DNA of 64,000 nucleotides. Source: Candidatus Parcubacteria bacterium (GTDB lineage Bacteria; Patescibacteriota; Patescibacteriia; Patescibacteriales; UBA12075). Shown piece after piece: positions 26,384 through 35,163 of this stretch. The notes beneath the pieces were generated by a model. It searched no databases. It was not told the origin of the DNA and saw only the letters and a list, made by a program, of their open reading frames with translations. Every line of letters starts with the position of its first letter. Position 1 is the first letter of the stretch. The stretch spans positions 20,195 through 84,194 of the forward strand of contig PKTK01000003.1 of the NCBI GenBank assembly GCA_002869165.1. The letters run 5' to 3'. Both the position numbers and the translations under genes were made by a program.

Positions 26384-26890
26384 TTATAGTTTAAATAATT
26401 TTGCTAGAGATTCTGAAAGGGGGATATTGGTACGATCTAAATCTTCTGACAGGAAAGCAAGTAGGAAATTTCTGATATCAACTGGATTTATATTTTCAAG
26501 AGGAATGGAAATGCGTTGTTTAACTGGATTTTTGAACTCGAAATATAGATTTTTGTCACCTTGACTAGGTTTGTAGACTATGGAGAAATTCCTGAATTCA
26601 TCATAATCATATGCTCTTTTGCCGATAACTAGACAATCACTAGCTAGGGCAATTGAGACTTTATCTGCTTCACTTCCATGTTGCATGATAAAAATAAATG
26701 CAGTAATAATGAGGATGATGGGTAATAAGAAATTGCCTGAAATAAAGGAATAAATAAGTAAAAATAAAGCAAAAATACCAGTAATCAGATACCAACGAAA
26801 ATCCCGGTCATGGGAATTATATTCTGGTACTTCCCAGGAAGCAAAAATATCCAATGGTCTTTCATTTGATGTTTCTTGGTTATTTTCCAT
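26384..26890 (-). CDS. Membrane protein, two TM segments followed by a small cytoplasmic (PH-like?) domain
   Basis: Internal ATG MENNQETS. The function call is weak. Confidence 0.5.
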   Translation of the reverse strand: MENNQETSNERPLDIFASWEVPEYNSHDRDFRWYLITGIFALFLLIYSFISGNFLLPIILIITAFIFIMQHGSEADKVSIALASDCLVIGKRAYDYDEFRNFSIVYKPSQGDKNLYFEFKNPVKQRISIPLENINPVDIRNFLLAFLSEDLDRTNIPLSESLAKLFKL

Positions 26891-27027
26891 AATAATTGAC
26901 AAAGTTATTGATTTTTTATATATTTTATTATAGCATAAAACAAGCAATCTAGAAAAGTATATATATTTCTAGATTTAACTTGTTTTTTTATTTTTTATTA
27001 AAAATATAAAAAAATTGATATTAATGC

Positions 27028-27114
27028 GGAGAGATGGCTGAGCGGTTGAAGGCGGCGGTCTTGAAAACCGTTGTAGGTTAACGCCTACCGTGGGTTCGAA
27101 TCCCACTCTCTCCG
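27028..27114 (+). tRNA. tRNA-Ser (anticodon TGA)
   Basis: Acceptor GGAGAGA/TCTCTCC, anticodon loop CTTGAAA, long variable arm, and T-arm GTGGG-TTCGAAT-CCCAC. Confidence 0.9.
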
Positions 27115-27135
27115 CAGTAATATTAATTTTTTAAA

Positions 27136-27224
27136 GGAGAGGTGCCTGAGCGGTTGAAAGGGGCACACTGCTAATGTGTTGACCGGGTCAAACCGGTCCG
27201 AGGGTTCGAATCCCTCCCTCTCCG
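27136..27224 (+). tRNA. tRNA-Ser (anticodon GCT)
   Basis: Acceptor GGAGAGG/CCTCTCC, anticodon loop CTGCTAA, long variable arm, and T-arm GAGGG-TTCGAAT-CCCTC. Confidence 0.9.
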
Positions 27225-27365
27225 CAGAAAATGGTTTGTCACTTAATGTGACAAACCATTTTTTGTTGAGAGAAGAGGGTGAGAATCCTCTTTGAGTTGC
27301 AAAGATGGATACACAGAATATTTCTTATTGATAATAGAAAATTAAAATAAATAACAAAAAAATTC

Positions 27366-27410
27366 TTGAGGGTGTGAGGCTTCCGCCTCTTCGAATCCCT
27401 CCCTCTCCGC
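27366..27410 (+). repeat. TTGAGGGTGTG motif, 13 nt, then a 21-nt copy of the tRNA-Ser(GCT) 3' end
   Basis: 27390-27410 (TTCGAATCCCTCCCTCTCCGC) equals 27205-27225. The layout is the same as at 32542-32587. Confidence 0.8.
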
Positions 27411-27448
27411 CAAATAAAAAACCGTCGTGATTGACGGTTTTTGTTTTT

Positions 27449-27817
27449 TTAAAAAAATTTTCCAATTGCTTTGAAGTCTTCCTCGCTCAAAGATATTTTT
27501 TGGCAGTGTTTTTTTATTTTTTCTTTTTGATAAAAAGGGAAGCGGAGAGTTTTGGAGTCATTTTTGTTGGTGATAAGCTGATATTTGTCTGAAAAAACTA
27601 AATATTGTATTACACCATGGAAGCGGGCGTGAAAACCCGTTGTTTGGTTTTTTAAAAAAATAGTTTTAAATTTATGATTCCTATTCTGAAAATATTTATC
27701 CAGTTTTAAGATAGCTGATTTCATAGAATCATAGGTAAAAGTAATTTCATTTTTTCCTGATTCAATGATTGAAGCAAACAAGCACTCTACAAAAATAATT
27801 TCGTCTCTACTAAACAT
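27449..27817 (-). CDS. Hypothetical protein
   Basis: The ATG at 27817 (MFSRDEII...) is preceded by AAAGGTGGA. The track start at 27889 is a TTG inside a TTGACA box. Confidence 0.5.
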   Translation of the reverse strand: MFSRDEIIFVECLFASIIESGKNEITFTYDSMKSAILKLDKYFQNRNHKFKTIFLKNQTTGFHARFHGVIQYLVFSDKYQLITNKNDSKTLRFPFYQKEKIKKHCQKISLSEEDFKAIGKFF

Positions 27818-27976
27818 TTTAATTCCACCTTTTAAAAATTTTTTATAAAGATCCTGATTAAACGATAACATTTTATTTACTAATGTCAATTATTGACATA
27901 TGTTGATATATCTTTTTATTTTTCTTGAATAATAGCTTTAAAAAGTATACAATGAATACAAGAATAAATAATTATA

Positions 27977-28831
27977 ATGGAGGAAAAAAATTTACAAAAT
28001 AAAAAAGCCGTTTTTAGGATAGGTGATGAGATTTTGACTGAACTTGATCCAGCTAATATGGAGCAAGTTGATGAAGATATTGTATCTGTAACCAGAGAAA
28101 ATCTTGGTTTTATTCAGGAAAATGATATCAAGGTTTTTCAAGATGAATTTTGGATTGGTGATGAGATGTTTCTTATAAATATTTTGGAAAAGAAGGGGAG
28201 AAATACTCAAAAATATTTTGTGCCTCATGACGATGAAGACACAGCCTTTGATGCGGGACTTAGAGCTATAAAGCATGGTGGTGTTTTGATAGCTTTGGAA
28301 AATAACGGTGAGAGAAATCTTTTTTCTTTTGGTGAACAGTATGGACCAAATAAGCAGGATCCAAATAGAATGTTTTTTGAAGAAAACCATTATTGGCCAT
28401 TGGCTGAACGGATCAAGGATTTACTTTTTGAAGTTAATGAAGATTTGGTGATAACCCTTCATAACAACAAACCAAAAGGAGATTTTCATTTGGGCGAAAT
28501 TGAAACTTGGAATAATATTGATATATTATCACGTCTAGACCCTAACGAGAAAAGTATGATTTGGATAGCTGGTAACACTCAAGCACCAAACAGAGATGTT
28601 GAAAGAGAACTTGAATACTACAAAGATTTTGGTTTGAATGTGGTTTATGAATTTGTGCCTGAGAATTCTGAGAGCGACGGGTCGCTATCCATGTACTCGG
28701 TCTTAAACGGAAGAAAATATCGGAATATAGAAATAATGTCAGGCAAGAAAGGAGATAAAGAAAGCGAGCAAGAAGCCAGGCAAAAGCAGATAAAATACCT
28801 TGATACTTTGAGGAATTTTTATGCCTTGTAA
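27977..28831 (+). CDS. Hypothetical protein, possibly a zinc-dependent amidase/deacylase
   Basis: HDDE (HxxE) followed about 90 aa later by ITLHNN resembles the metal ligand spacing of the M14/AstE or amidase_3 families. This is a weak call. Confidence 0.35.
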   Translation: MEEKNLQNKKAVFRIGDEILTELDPANMEQVDEDIVSVTRENLGFIQENDIKVFQDEFWIGDEMFLINILEKKGRNTQKYFVPHDDEDTAFDAGLRAIKHGGVLIALENNGERNLFSFGEQYGPNKQDPNRMFFEENHYWPLAERIKDLLFEVNEDLVITLHNNKPKGDFHLGEIETWNNIDILSRLDPNEKSMIWIAGNTQAPNRDVERELEYYKDFGLNVVYEFVPENSESDGSLSMYSVLNGRKYRNIEIMSGKKGDKESEQEARQKQIKYLDTLRNFYAL

Positions 28832-28902
28832 AAAATTGTCTAAATAAGATTTTTGTGTTTAAATAAAAAACCAATTAAGTTCATTAAAAAAAAGGAGAGA
28901 AT

Positions 28903-29148
28903 ATGGAATATTTTCTAGAAGGTTATGAACATTTAAATCCACATGGAGAAAAGAAGATTAAGATATATAAGTGTACCATAAGGTTGCTTTGAGCATGGTT
29001 CGGTTGCCCATGTCCAGGTTGGATATTTACCCTACGAGATAATCCAGTTGGTTGTGATAATTTTCAAATGGAACACGGAGACTTAAAAAGTGAGATGAGC
29101 GATATGACCTTCTCAACTCACGAATTTGAGACAAACACTTGGAATTGA
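28903..29148 (+). pseudogene. Cys-rich small ORF interrupted by an in-frame TGA (28990-28992)
   Basis: An AAGGAGAG SD precedes MEYFLEGYEHLNPHGEKKIKIYKCTIRLL*AWFGCPCPGWIFTLRDNPVGCDNFQMEHGDLKSEMSDMTFSTHEFETNTWN*. The second stop is also TGA, and the frame then reads GCLCREKGKESSLRT*. Confidence 0.4.
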
Positions 29149-29156
29149 GGTTGCTT

Positions 29157-29327
29157 ATGTCGGGAAAAAGGAAAAGAATCAAGCTTGAGGACTTAAATAT
29201 TGAATCATTGCTTGGTCCACCTGAAAGGCCTTTGTTTGGTTGGCACAATCTTTCAACAAACATTGAGAAGAGGTCCTTGGGAGGACTAGCAAATTTAGAG
29301 AGGAAGGAAAAATGGGAGAGAAGCTAG
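29157..29327 (+). CDS. Small basic hypothetical protein (56 aa)
   Basis: ATG preceded by TGAGG. Sequence begins MSGKRKRIKLEDLNIESLLGPPERPLFGWHN... Confidence 0.4.
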   Translation: MSGKRKRIKLEDLNIESLLGPPERPLFGWHNLSTNIEKRSLGGLANLERKEKWERS

Positions 29328-29683
29328 GTGTCAGAAAAATTGTTGAAGCTTTTGCAGAAGATAGTGAAGTGAGTGATTTTAACGAAAAAGATCAGGATGA
29401 AAAAAAAGAAGCAAAGGAGGGTTTTCTTTGTTTGTGCGGTTCAAGACAGTATAAATCTGTAAAAGATAACAATGGCATAATGGGTCCAGGTGGTAGAATG
29501 ATTGTTTTGTATTATTATTGTTCTGGTTGTAGTAATGTGTTCAAGGACCCGGCAAAAAAAACCGAAAGCAATAAAAGAATTCTTGCTGAACTTAAAAAGC
29601 AGATAGTAGAAGAGGTTTTGAAGGAATTGTCATTTAGAAATTCGAAATCTTCAAACAAAGGAGCTTTTTGGGATGGTGACTAA
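29312..29683 (+). CDS. Hypothetical protein with a CxC...CxxC zinc-ribbon-like motif
   Basis: GAGAGGAAGGA SD; CLCGS...CSGCS. Confidence 0.55.
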   Translation: MGEKLGVRKIVEAFAEDSEVSDFNEKDQDEKKEAKEGFLCLCGSRQYKSVKDNNGIMGPGGRMIVLYYYCSGCSNVFKDPAKKTESNKRILAELKKQIVEEVLKELSFRNSKSSNKGAFWDGD

Positions 29684-29873
29684 TATAACAAACATAACGG
29701 AAAACTCTGATTTTGAAATTATTATTGTCATCAAAGGAGAAAGAAGGAGGTTTAGAAGAAAAAGATTGAGCAGAGACAAAGCCGTCAGAAGAAAAAGAAG
29801 ATTGAATTTAGTAGCTATCATGCCATCAGAAGACAGAGAGTCAAGCAAGTGGAGAAGGCGAAGAAAAAAATAG
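29673..29873 (+). CDS. Small Arg/Lys-rich hypothetical protein
   Basis: ORF overlapping the previous gene. The terminator AAGACGAG/CTCGTCTT plus a T-run follows. Confidence 0.4.
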   Translation: MVTNITNITENSDFEIIIVIKGERRRFRRKRLSRDKAVRRKRRLNLVAIMPSEDRESSKWRRRRKK

Positions 29874-30067
29874 AAAATTTTTTATCACAAGACGAGTATT
29901 GCGCTCGTCTTTTTTGTTAATAACAATGCCTATAATAAAAAAAGGTTTTTAATGGATTTTTTAGACTTTTTTTGCTAGAATATAAGTGAAAAAAGGAGTT
30001 TGAAATTAATAATTATTAAAAATAGTATTAAATATATAATAAACAAGCCAGTTTTGACACTAAATTT

Positions 30068-31951
30068 ATGTTAAATTTTTTTAAAAAATTAAGTTTTGAA
30101 AACTTAAAAAAAATAATCCTCGAAATCATCAAAAGAATGCCATTATCCGCCTTGATGTCTTTGTCTGCTTTCGGAGTTATGGTAACTTTGATTACTGAAG
30201 AAAATTTGAGTATGGATGTAGAGAATAATTTGGTAAAACTTCTTATTACCTTTATTATACTCTTTTTTCTTTCTATTGCTTTGTATGTTTTTTCTGAAAG
30301 TAAGAAGCATGATCACAAGAAAAAGTGGCAAGTACAGATATTCACTCTTTTGTATGGTGCTTTATTCTTTTATTTTTTTGAAGAAAATTTAACTACTAAT
30401 CTGGAACAGGAAACCGCTGTTTATCTGGCCATGACAGTTGTGGGAATAGTTTGTTTTCTTTTTGTGTCCCGATTTATAAAAAAATATTTTGTAAAAATTA
30501 AAGAACCCGCCAGTTTTTATATTTCTAGTTTTGAATTAGTTTTACGTTTCGGTATGGCATGGATCGTTGGTATGGCTACAATGTTACTTGGTTTTGCGGC
30601 GTTAGCTGCCTTGTTTGCTCTTTTTGATCTGGATTTTTTAAAGGAGGACAAGATGTTTGGGTACTGGGCGAGTTTTTCAGCGTTGTTTATGGCTCCAATG
30701 TATTTACTAGCAGAATTTCCTAAAACCAGAAAAATAAAAGTTGATAAATTGGAGATCATTGTCAAAGATAAATTTTATAGCTTTTTGGTGAATTATGTAG
30801 CTTTGCCAGCAATATATATTTATTTCACTATTCTTTATGCCTATACTATCAAGGTACTACTTCATTTCAGGGAATGGCCTCAAGGTGAAGTTGCTTGGCT
30901 TGTAATATTATTTTCCTTTTTTGGTTATATAGTTTATTTTGCTTCATCAGTTTTTGAAAAGAAATATAAGCATGCTGAATTTTTCCGGAAGATTTTTCCT
31001 GCTTCAGTCGTGCTACAAACTTTTATGCTTTTTTATGCGATTGGTTTGCGCATAAATCAGTATGATTTGACCATTAATAGATATTTGGTTGTTATTTTTG
31101 GTTTGTGGTTACTGGTTTTATCAGTTTATTATATTGTATCCAAGAAAAAGGATCTAAGCATAATATTTTCAAGCCTATTTGTGGTGGTGATTGTATTTTC
31201 AATTGGTCCCTGGTCTGTTTATTTACTTCCCGAACACAGACAGCTTAAAACTCTTGAGAGTAATTTAGTTAAAGCAGGTATTATGAAAGTTGACAAAAGC
31301 ATTGTTTCGCTTGATGATTATGATGATGTTGACGATGAATTGAGTGGCGAGATCTATGGTGGAATTGAATATTTGTGCAACGCTCATGGTTGTGAAATAC
31401 TTGATAAATTTTTTGCTTCAGAAATTGAAGAATTAAAAAGAAAAGACAAAGAAGATTGGGAGAAAAACAAGCAAGCTGAACTTGAAGAGGCAGAGAATAG
31501 AAAAAATGTAGATGAAGAATGGGTGAAAAGAATAAAAGAAAGAGAATATAATGAAATGAGTTCCTGGGCGATTATTAGAGGATTGACTGAAAAAATCAAG
31601 GTGCGTGCTTATTCATCTCCAACTCTTCGCAATGATTTTGCTAGAGAAATATATTTCTATACTGAAGACAAAGATTTATTAGATGGTTTTAGAGTGAGAG
31701 ATTACGACTATATTACAGTTTTGAAAACTGATAATGATTTACGATACGAAAAAGAAGATCCAGAAAAGAAGGAGTTTAAAATTGGATATAGTACAATCAT
31801 AGATGTAGCTCGAGAAAAACTAGAGCTGTATTATGGTGATGGTTTGATTGAGACATTTGATATTTCTGAATCAGTAATTGCTCCTTTGCTTGCCAAAAAA
31901 GAAAAACAAGAAGATGATATGTATGGACAAATCAGAGTTCCATTGTCTTAA
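30068..31951 (+). CDS. Polytopic membrane protein (DUF4153-like) with a soluble C-terminal domain
   Basis: About 12 TM segments followed by a charged domain. An in-frame TAA at 31949-31951 is followed by 58 more open codons to 32128. Confidence 0.6.
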   Translation: MLNFFKKLSFENLKKIILEIIKRMPLSALMSLSAFGVMVTLITEENLSMDVENNLVKLLITFIILFFLSIALYVFSESKKHDHKKKWQVQIFTLLYGALFFYFFEENLTTNLEQETAVYLAMTVVGIVCFLFVSRFIKKYFVKIKEPASFYISSFELVLRFGMAWIVGMATMLLGFAALAALFALFDLDFLKEDKMFGYWASFSALFMAPMYLLAEFPKTRKIKVDKLEIIVKDKFYSFLVNYVALPAIYIYFTILYAYTIKVLLHFREWPQGEVAWLVILFSFFGYIVYFASSVFEKKYKHAEFFRKIFPASVVLQTFMLFYAIGLRINQYDLTINRYLVVIFGLWLLVLSVYYIVSKKKDLSIIFSSLFVVVIVFSIGPWSVYLLPEHRQLKTLESNLVKAGIMKVDKSIVSLDDYDDVDDELSGEIYGGIEYLCNAHGCEILDKFFASEIEELKRKDKEDWEKNKQAELEEAENRKNVDEEWVKRIKEREYNEMSSWAIIRGLTEKIKVRAYSSPTLRNDFAREIYFYTEDKDLLDGFRVRDYDYITVLKTDNDLRYEKEDPEKKEFKIGYSTIIDVAREKLELYYGDGLIETFDISESVIAPLLAKKEKQEDDMYGQIRVPLS

Positions 31952-32332
31952 CTTGAAATGACGTTTGATTTAACAAGTGAAAAATATTCTCTACGTTTAA
32001 TATTAAACTCAATAAACATTGAAAACCCTGACTGGCAGAATATTGAAACGGAGAAAAATACTAATATTAGACCCATGAATGGTTTGTATGCCAATGGTTA
32101 TGTACTGATAAAATTAGCAGAAGAATAATAAAATAAATAAGAAATTTTAAAAGCCCTCAAGTTTTTATTAGGTTTCTTTACTTATTTTATATTTCATATT
32201 ATTATATTTATTAATAAAAACCCCCTATACTTAAATAGGGGGATTATTAATTCACTCTCGTAGTTTCGAAGATCCAGTTGAGTGGCAGGACAACGGATCT
32301 TTCGTGAAAACAAGAAAAACAAAAAAATATCA

Positions 32333-32404
32333 GCTCTCGTAGTTCAACGGATAGAACACAAGTTTGCGGAACTTGCGATATAGGTTCGATTCCTGTCGAG
32401 AGCA
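32333..32404 (+). tRNA. tRNA-Arg (anticodon GCG by hand folding)
   Basis: Acceptor GCTCTCG/CGAGAGC, D-arm GTTC..GAAC, anticodon stem CAAGT/ACTTG with loop TTGCGGA, and T-arm ATAGG-TTCGATT-CCTGT. Confidence 0.8.
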
Positions 32405-32541
32405 CAGATAATAAAACTCCCTTAATGGGAGTTTTATTATGTTTGTTTTTGATAGGTGAGAACCTATCCTGAGATGCATGAAAAATAAACAAACAACACT
32501 AAATCAAAAAAATAGAATCACTCTCTACAACCAACAAAATT

Positions 32542-32587
32542 TTGAGGGGGTGCCCTTTTCAGGGCTTCGATTCCTGTCGAGAGCACA
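32542..32587 (+). repeat. TTGAGGGGGTG motif, 13 nt, then a 22-nt copy of the tRNA-Arg 3' end
   Basis: 32566-32587 (TTCGATTCCTGTCGAGAGCACA) equals 32385-32406. The following hairpin and about 40 nt are also a diverged copy of the tRNA downstream flank. Confidence 0.8.
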
Positions 32588-32725
32588 ATCGTAAAACTCT
32601 CCAACAAGGGGAGTTTTATGATTGTGATTTTGATAGAGATGATAACCTATGCTGATTATATGTTGTTTTTAGAAGATCTTTATTCTATAGAAATGTAAAA
32701 ATGATTTAAGTATTCATAGCAGAAT

Positions 32726-32824
32726 GATTGTTTTCGATTCTCGGAGTGAAGCGGAGGCTCCGTCTAGTGATGTGACAATCAAGAATATTATACTTACTTT
32801 TGTTATTCCTGCGGAAGCAGGAAT
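32726..32824. repeat. Two G+C-rich hairpin elements
   Basis: GATTGTTTTCGATTCTCGGAG...CTCCG...GTGACAATC at 32726-32780 and ATTCCTGC-GGAA-GCAGGAAT at 32805-32824. Confidence 0.65.
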
Positions 32825-33004
32825 CTAGAAAAAAATAAAGATTTTTTTGTTTATGCTTGCTCGTTTTTTTAGATTACAAAATTATTAGTTGTTAAATTTT
32901 GTCTGGATACCCTAGGCTAATCTTACCTATAACGTAATTTACCCTTTTTCTTATTTTACAGGAATGATAAATTGCTTCTGCGAGTATAAAAAATAGAGGA
33001 CACT

Positions 33005-33042
33005 ATAGAATACTCTATGGTACGTACCATAGAGTATTCTAT
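33005..33042 (-). terminator. Perfect 19-bp-arm palindrome just after the comFC stop
   Basis: ATAGAATACTCTATGGTAC|GTACCATAGAGTATTCTAT. Confidence 0.7.
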
Positions 33043-33044
33043 TT

Positions 33045-33782
33045 TTAATTTTGACCTAGTACCAATCCCCAGACTTCCTTGGCGCCGTTTTGCCTGAGGA
33101 TTTTGGCACATTCATTTAGAGTTGTTCCAGTCGTGATGACATCATCTATTAGAATTACATATTTTTTTTCCAGCTTGGGCCCATTCCAAGCAAAAGCATT
33201 GCCTATATTTTTTATCCTGGTTTGTCTGTCAAAACGGGTTTGTGAAGAAGTGTTTTTGCTTCTGATTAATTGATGATTATTGTGTTCAATGGAAAATTTT
33301 TGAGCTACCAGTGAGGCAAGTTCTTCTGATTGGTTGAAACCTCTCCAAGCAATACGTCTTTTATGTAAGGGGACGGGAATTATCACAGTGTGTCTGAAAT
33401 CAAGTATTTTTAGTTTTTTACTAGATTCATCCGTAAGAAAGTCAGACAGAAAATCTATCATGACTTGAGAAAGGGGAGTAGTGAGCTCTTTGATAAGTGA
33501 ATATTTGTATTTTTTAATTAATTTTTTTAGAAGTTTGTCATGATAGCTAGCACTTATCCACACCCCTTTGAGATAAAAATTTTCCTGACAAGAGCGACAG
33601 TAGTTCCCAAATTCATTAGCTTTTTTACATTCAGGACAATGTGATTTTTTATTGAGAATGATTTTTTCCTGACATTTGGCACAAAGATATTCTCCTTCTT
33701 TGTGACAATTCTGACAGAAGACAGGAAAAAGTAAATCCAATAAAAAATCACGTATATTTAAAACGTGATTTTTTAGAGTCAT
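33045..33782 (-). CDS. comFC: ComF family protein (ComFC, phosphoribosyltransferase-like) with an N-terminal zinc finger
   Basis: Four CxxC pairs at the N-terminus. WRGFNQSEELA and VILIDDVITTGTTL form the PRTase motif. Confidence 0.85.
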   Translation of the reverse strand: MTLKNHVLNIRDFLLDLLFPVFCQNCHKEGEYLCAKCQEKIILNKKSHCPECKKANEFGNYCRSCQENFYLKGVWISASYHDKLLKKLIKKYKYSLIKELTTPLSQVMIDFLSDFLTDESSKKLKILDFRHTVIIPVPLHKRRIAWRGFNQSEELASLVAQKFSIEHNNHQLIRSKNTSSQTRFDRQTRIKNIGNAFAWNGPKLEKKYVILIDDVITTGTTLNECAKILRQNGAKEVWGLVLGQN

Positions 33783-33784
33783 TA

Positions 33785-35017
33785 TTATAGATTGATTTTA
33801 TATACACTATTATCACTAGCATCAGTATAAAACAAGGTTGTTTCATTCTTGTTGGTGTAGATATTGGTTATGGTCATGTCTTTATCAGGAATAGCAATTA
33901 GTTTTTTAAGACCTGTTAAAACATTGATTTTGTATACTACATCACTAGTAGACTCTGCTAGTTCTTTAAAAAGACCAGAGCCTTCTTTAAGTTCTCGAGG
34001 GACAGCACAATAGACATTGGTGTTATCAGAGAAGGTGCATTTACTTGCCCATGTTTCCAATCCCAGACTTTTTCTATTAGTATTAATAGTTTCACCTTGC
34101 GCACTAACTGTCCAAAGGCTTGGCTTCATATCATTATCACTTGAATAAACGCTGTAGAGAATTCGAGCTCCGTCAGGTGACCAGATGGATTCAAATCCTC
34201 TGCCTTCAATAGTGGTTGATTTGAAGTTCTCGCCATTTAAGCCGACAAAATATACTTCTTGTCTATCTAAGTTAGTGCCTTCGGTGAACATGGCTACGGT
34301 TTGGTTGTTTGGCGACCATGAAGTATAAACAGTTGAGTCCTTTTCCCCAAGAGGTTCTATATATTTAGCACTTGAACCATCATCATTAGATACAGTTAAC
34401 CATCTATTGTCTGGGTCAAGACCCATACTTTTGGCAACTATCTTGTCTTCATTGGGAGCAAATTCAAAATCTTCCCAATGTTTTGGTAGTGTTACTTGGT
34501 CGTCTTTGTTAAAGTTATATATAATATTAGCACCATCAGGATATTCAATTATTGCTTTATTGTCAGTATTGGACCAGGTGACATTTTCAACATTATAAAA
34601 TACTTTATTTGAAAGAAGAGTAGTATTGCCATTTTCGTCTACCTGATAAAATTTGCCATCGCTTTGGTTGTAATATTGAGCATTGTTTGAATAGTTGCTA
34701 ACGCTAAAACCAAGCACAGGATCATTAACAAGTTGAACAGTCTCAGTTACTCCTCCCTTAGCAATAGTGCTTGGTGTTATGTTTTGTATCTCTGTAGGGC
34801 TAAGTGATAAAGAACCAGATTTACCATCAGAAATAATATTGCCTTCGCCGTCAACTGCTGAAGGTAAGCCACCTTCATAATTTTTGCCATCAGTTTGAGT
34901 TGGTACGTCAATACTTGAAACGAAGAACAACCTGTATAGCAAGAAGCCTAAAAATGCTGAAAATAGCAAAAAAATGATTATTAAAAGAGGGGTTTTAAAT
35001 TTTGATAAAGAGATCAT
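33785..35017 (-). CDS. Membrane-anchored TolB-like beta-propeller (PD40 repeat) protein
   Basis: N-terminal TM, with repeated WSPDG/WSPNN motifs. Confidence 0.65.
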   Translation of the reverse strand: MISLSKFKTPLLIIIFLLFSAFLGFLLYRLFFVSSIDVPTQTDGKNYEGGLPSAVDGEGNIISDGKSGSLSLSPTEIQNITPSTIAKGGVTETVQLVNDPVLGFSVSNYSNNAQYYNQSDGKFYQVDENGNTTLLSNKVFYNVENVTWSNTDNKAIIEYPDGANIIYNFNKDDQVTLPKHWEDFEFAPNEDKIVAKSMGLDPDNRWLTVSNDDGSSAKYIEPLGEKDSTVYTSWSPNNQTVAMFTEGTNLDRQEVYFVGLNGENFKSTTIEGRGFESIWSPDGARILYSVYSSDNDMKPSLWTVSAQGETINTNRKSLGLETWASKCTFSDNTNVYCAVPRELKEGSGLFKELAESTSDVVYKINVLTGLKKLIAIPDKDMTITNIYTNKNETTLFYTDASDNSVYKINL

Positions 35018-35163
35018 GGTGTTTATTTTGTTTATTTGTCAAATTTATGCTATAATAAATTATAATTGTTAATAAGTTTATTTAAAGTATTAATATTATA
35101 ATTATATAATTTTTTGCCGCTTTGGTCAAAGAGAAAGAAATGGCAAATTTATTGCGGTAACTT

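Noticed and set aside
28990-29020. Selenocysteine insertion at the first TGA, since a short hairpin follows it
   Set aside because: The hairpin is only 5-6 bp and begins immediately after the codon. No sel genes are in the window, and a second TGA follows with no comparable structure. The idea is kept only as a remote alternative within the finding.
28980-29320. Structured RNA gene (tmRNA, RNase P RNA, SRP RNA) in the moderately G+C-rich stretch with no long clean ORF
   Set aside because: None of the conserved motifs is present: no tRNA-like end or tag ORF for tmRNA, no GAGGAAAGTCC for RNase P, and no SRP domain IV motif. The region is better explained by small or interrupted ORFs.
32247-32492. 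Minus-strand ORF of 81 aa
   Set aside because: It lies antisense across tRNA-Arg and its flanking repeats, has no SD, and its sequence does not look protein-like.
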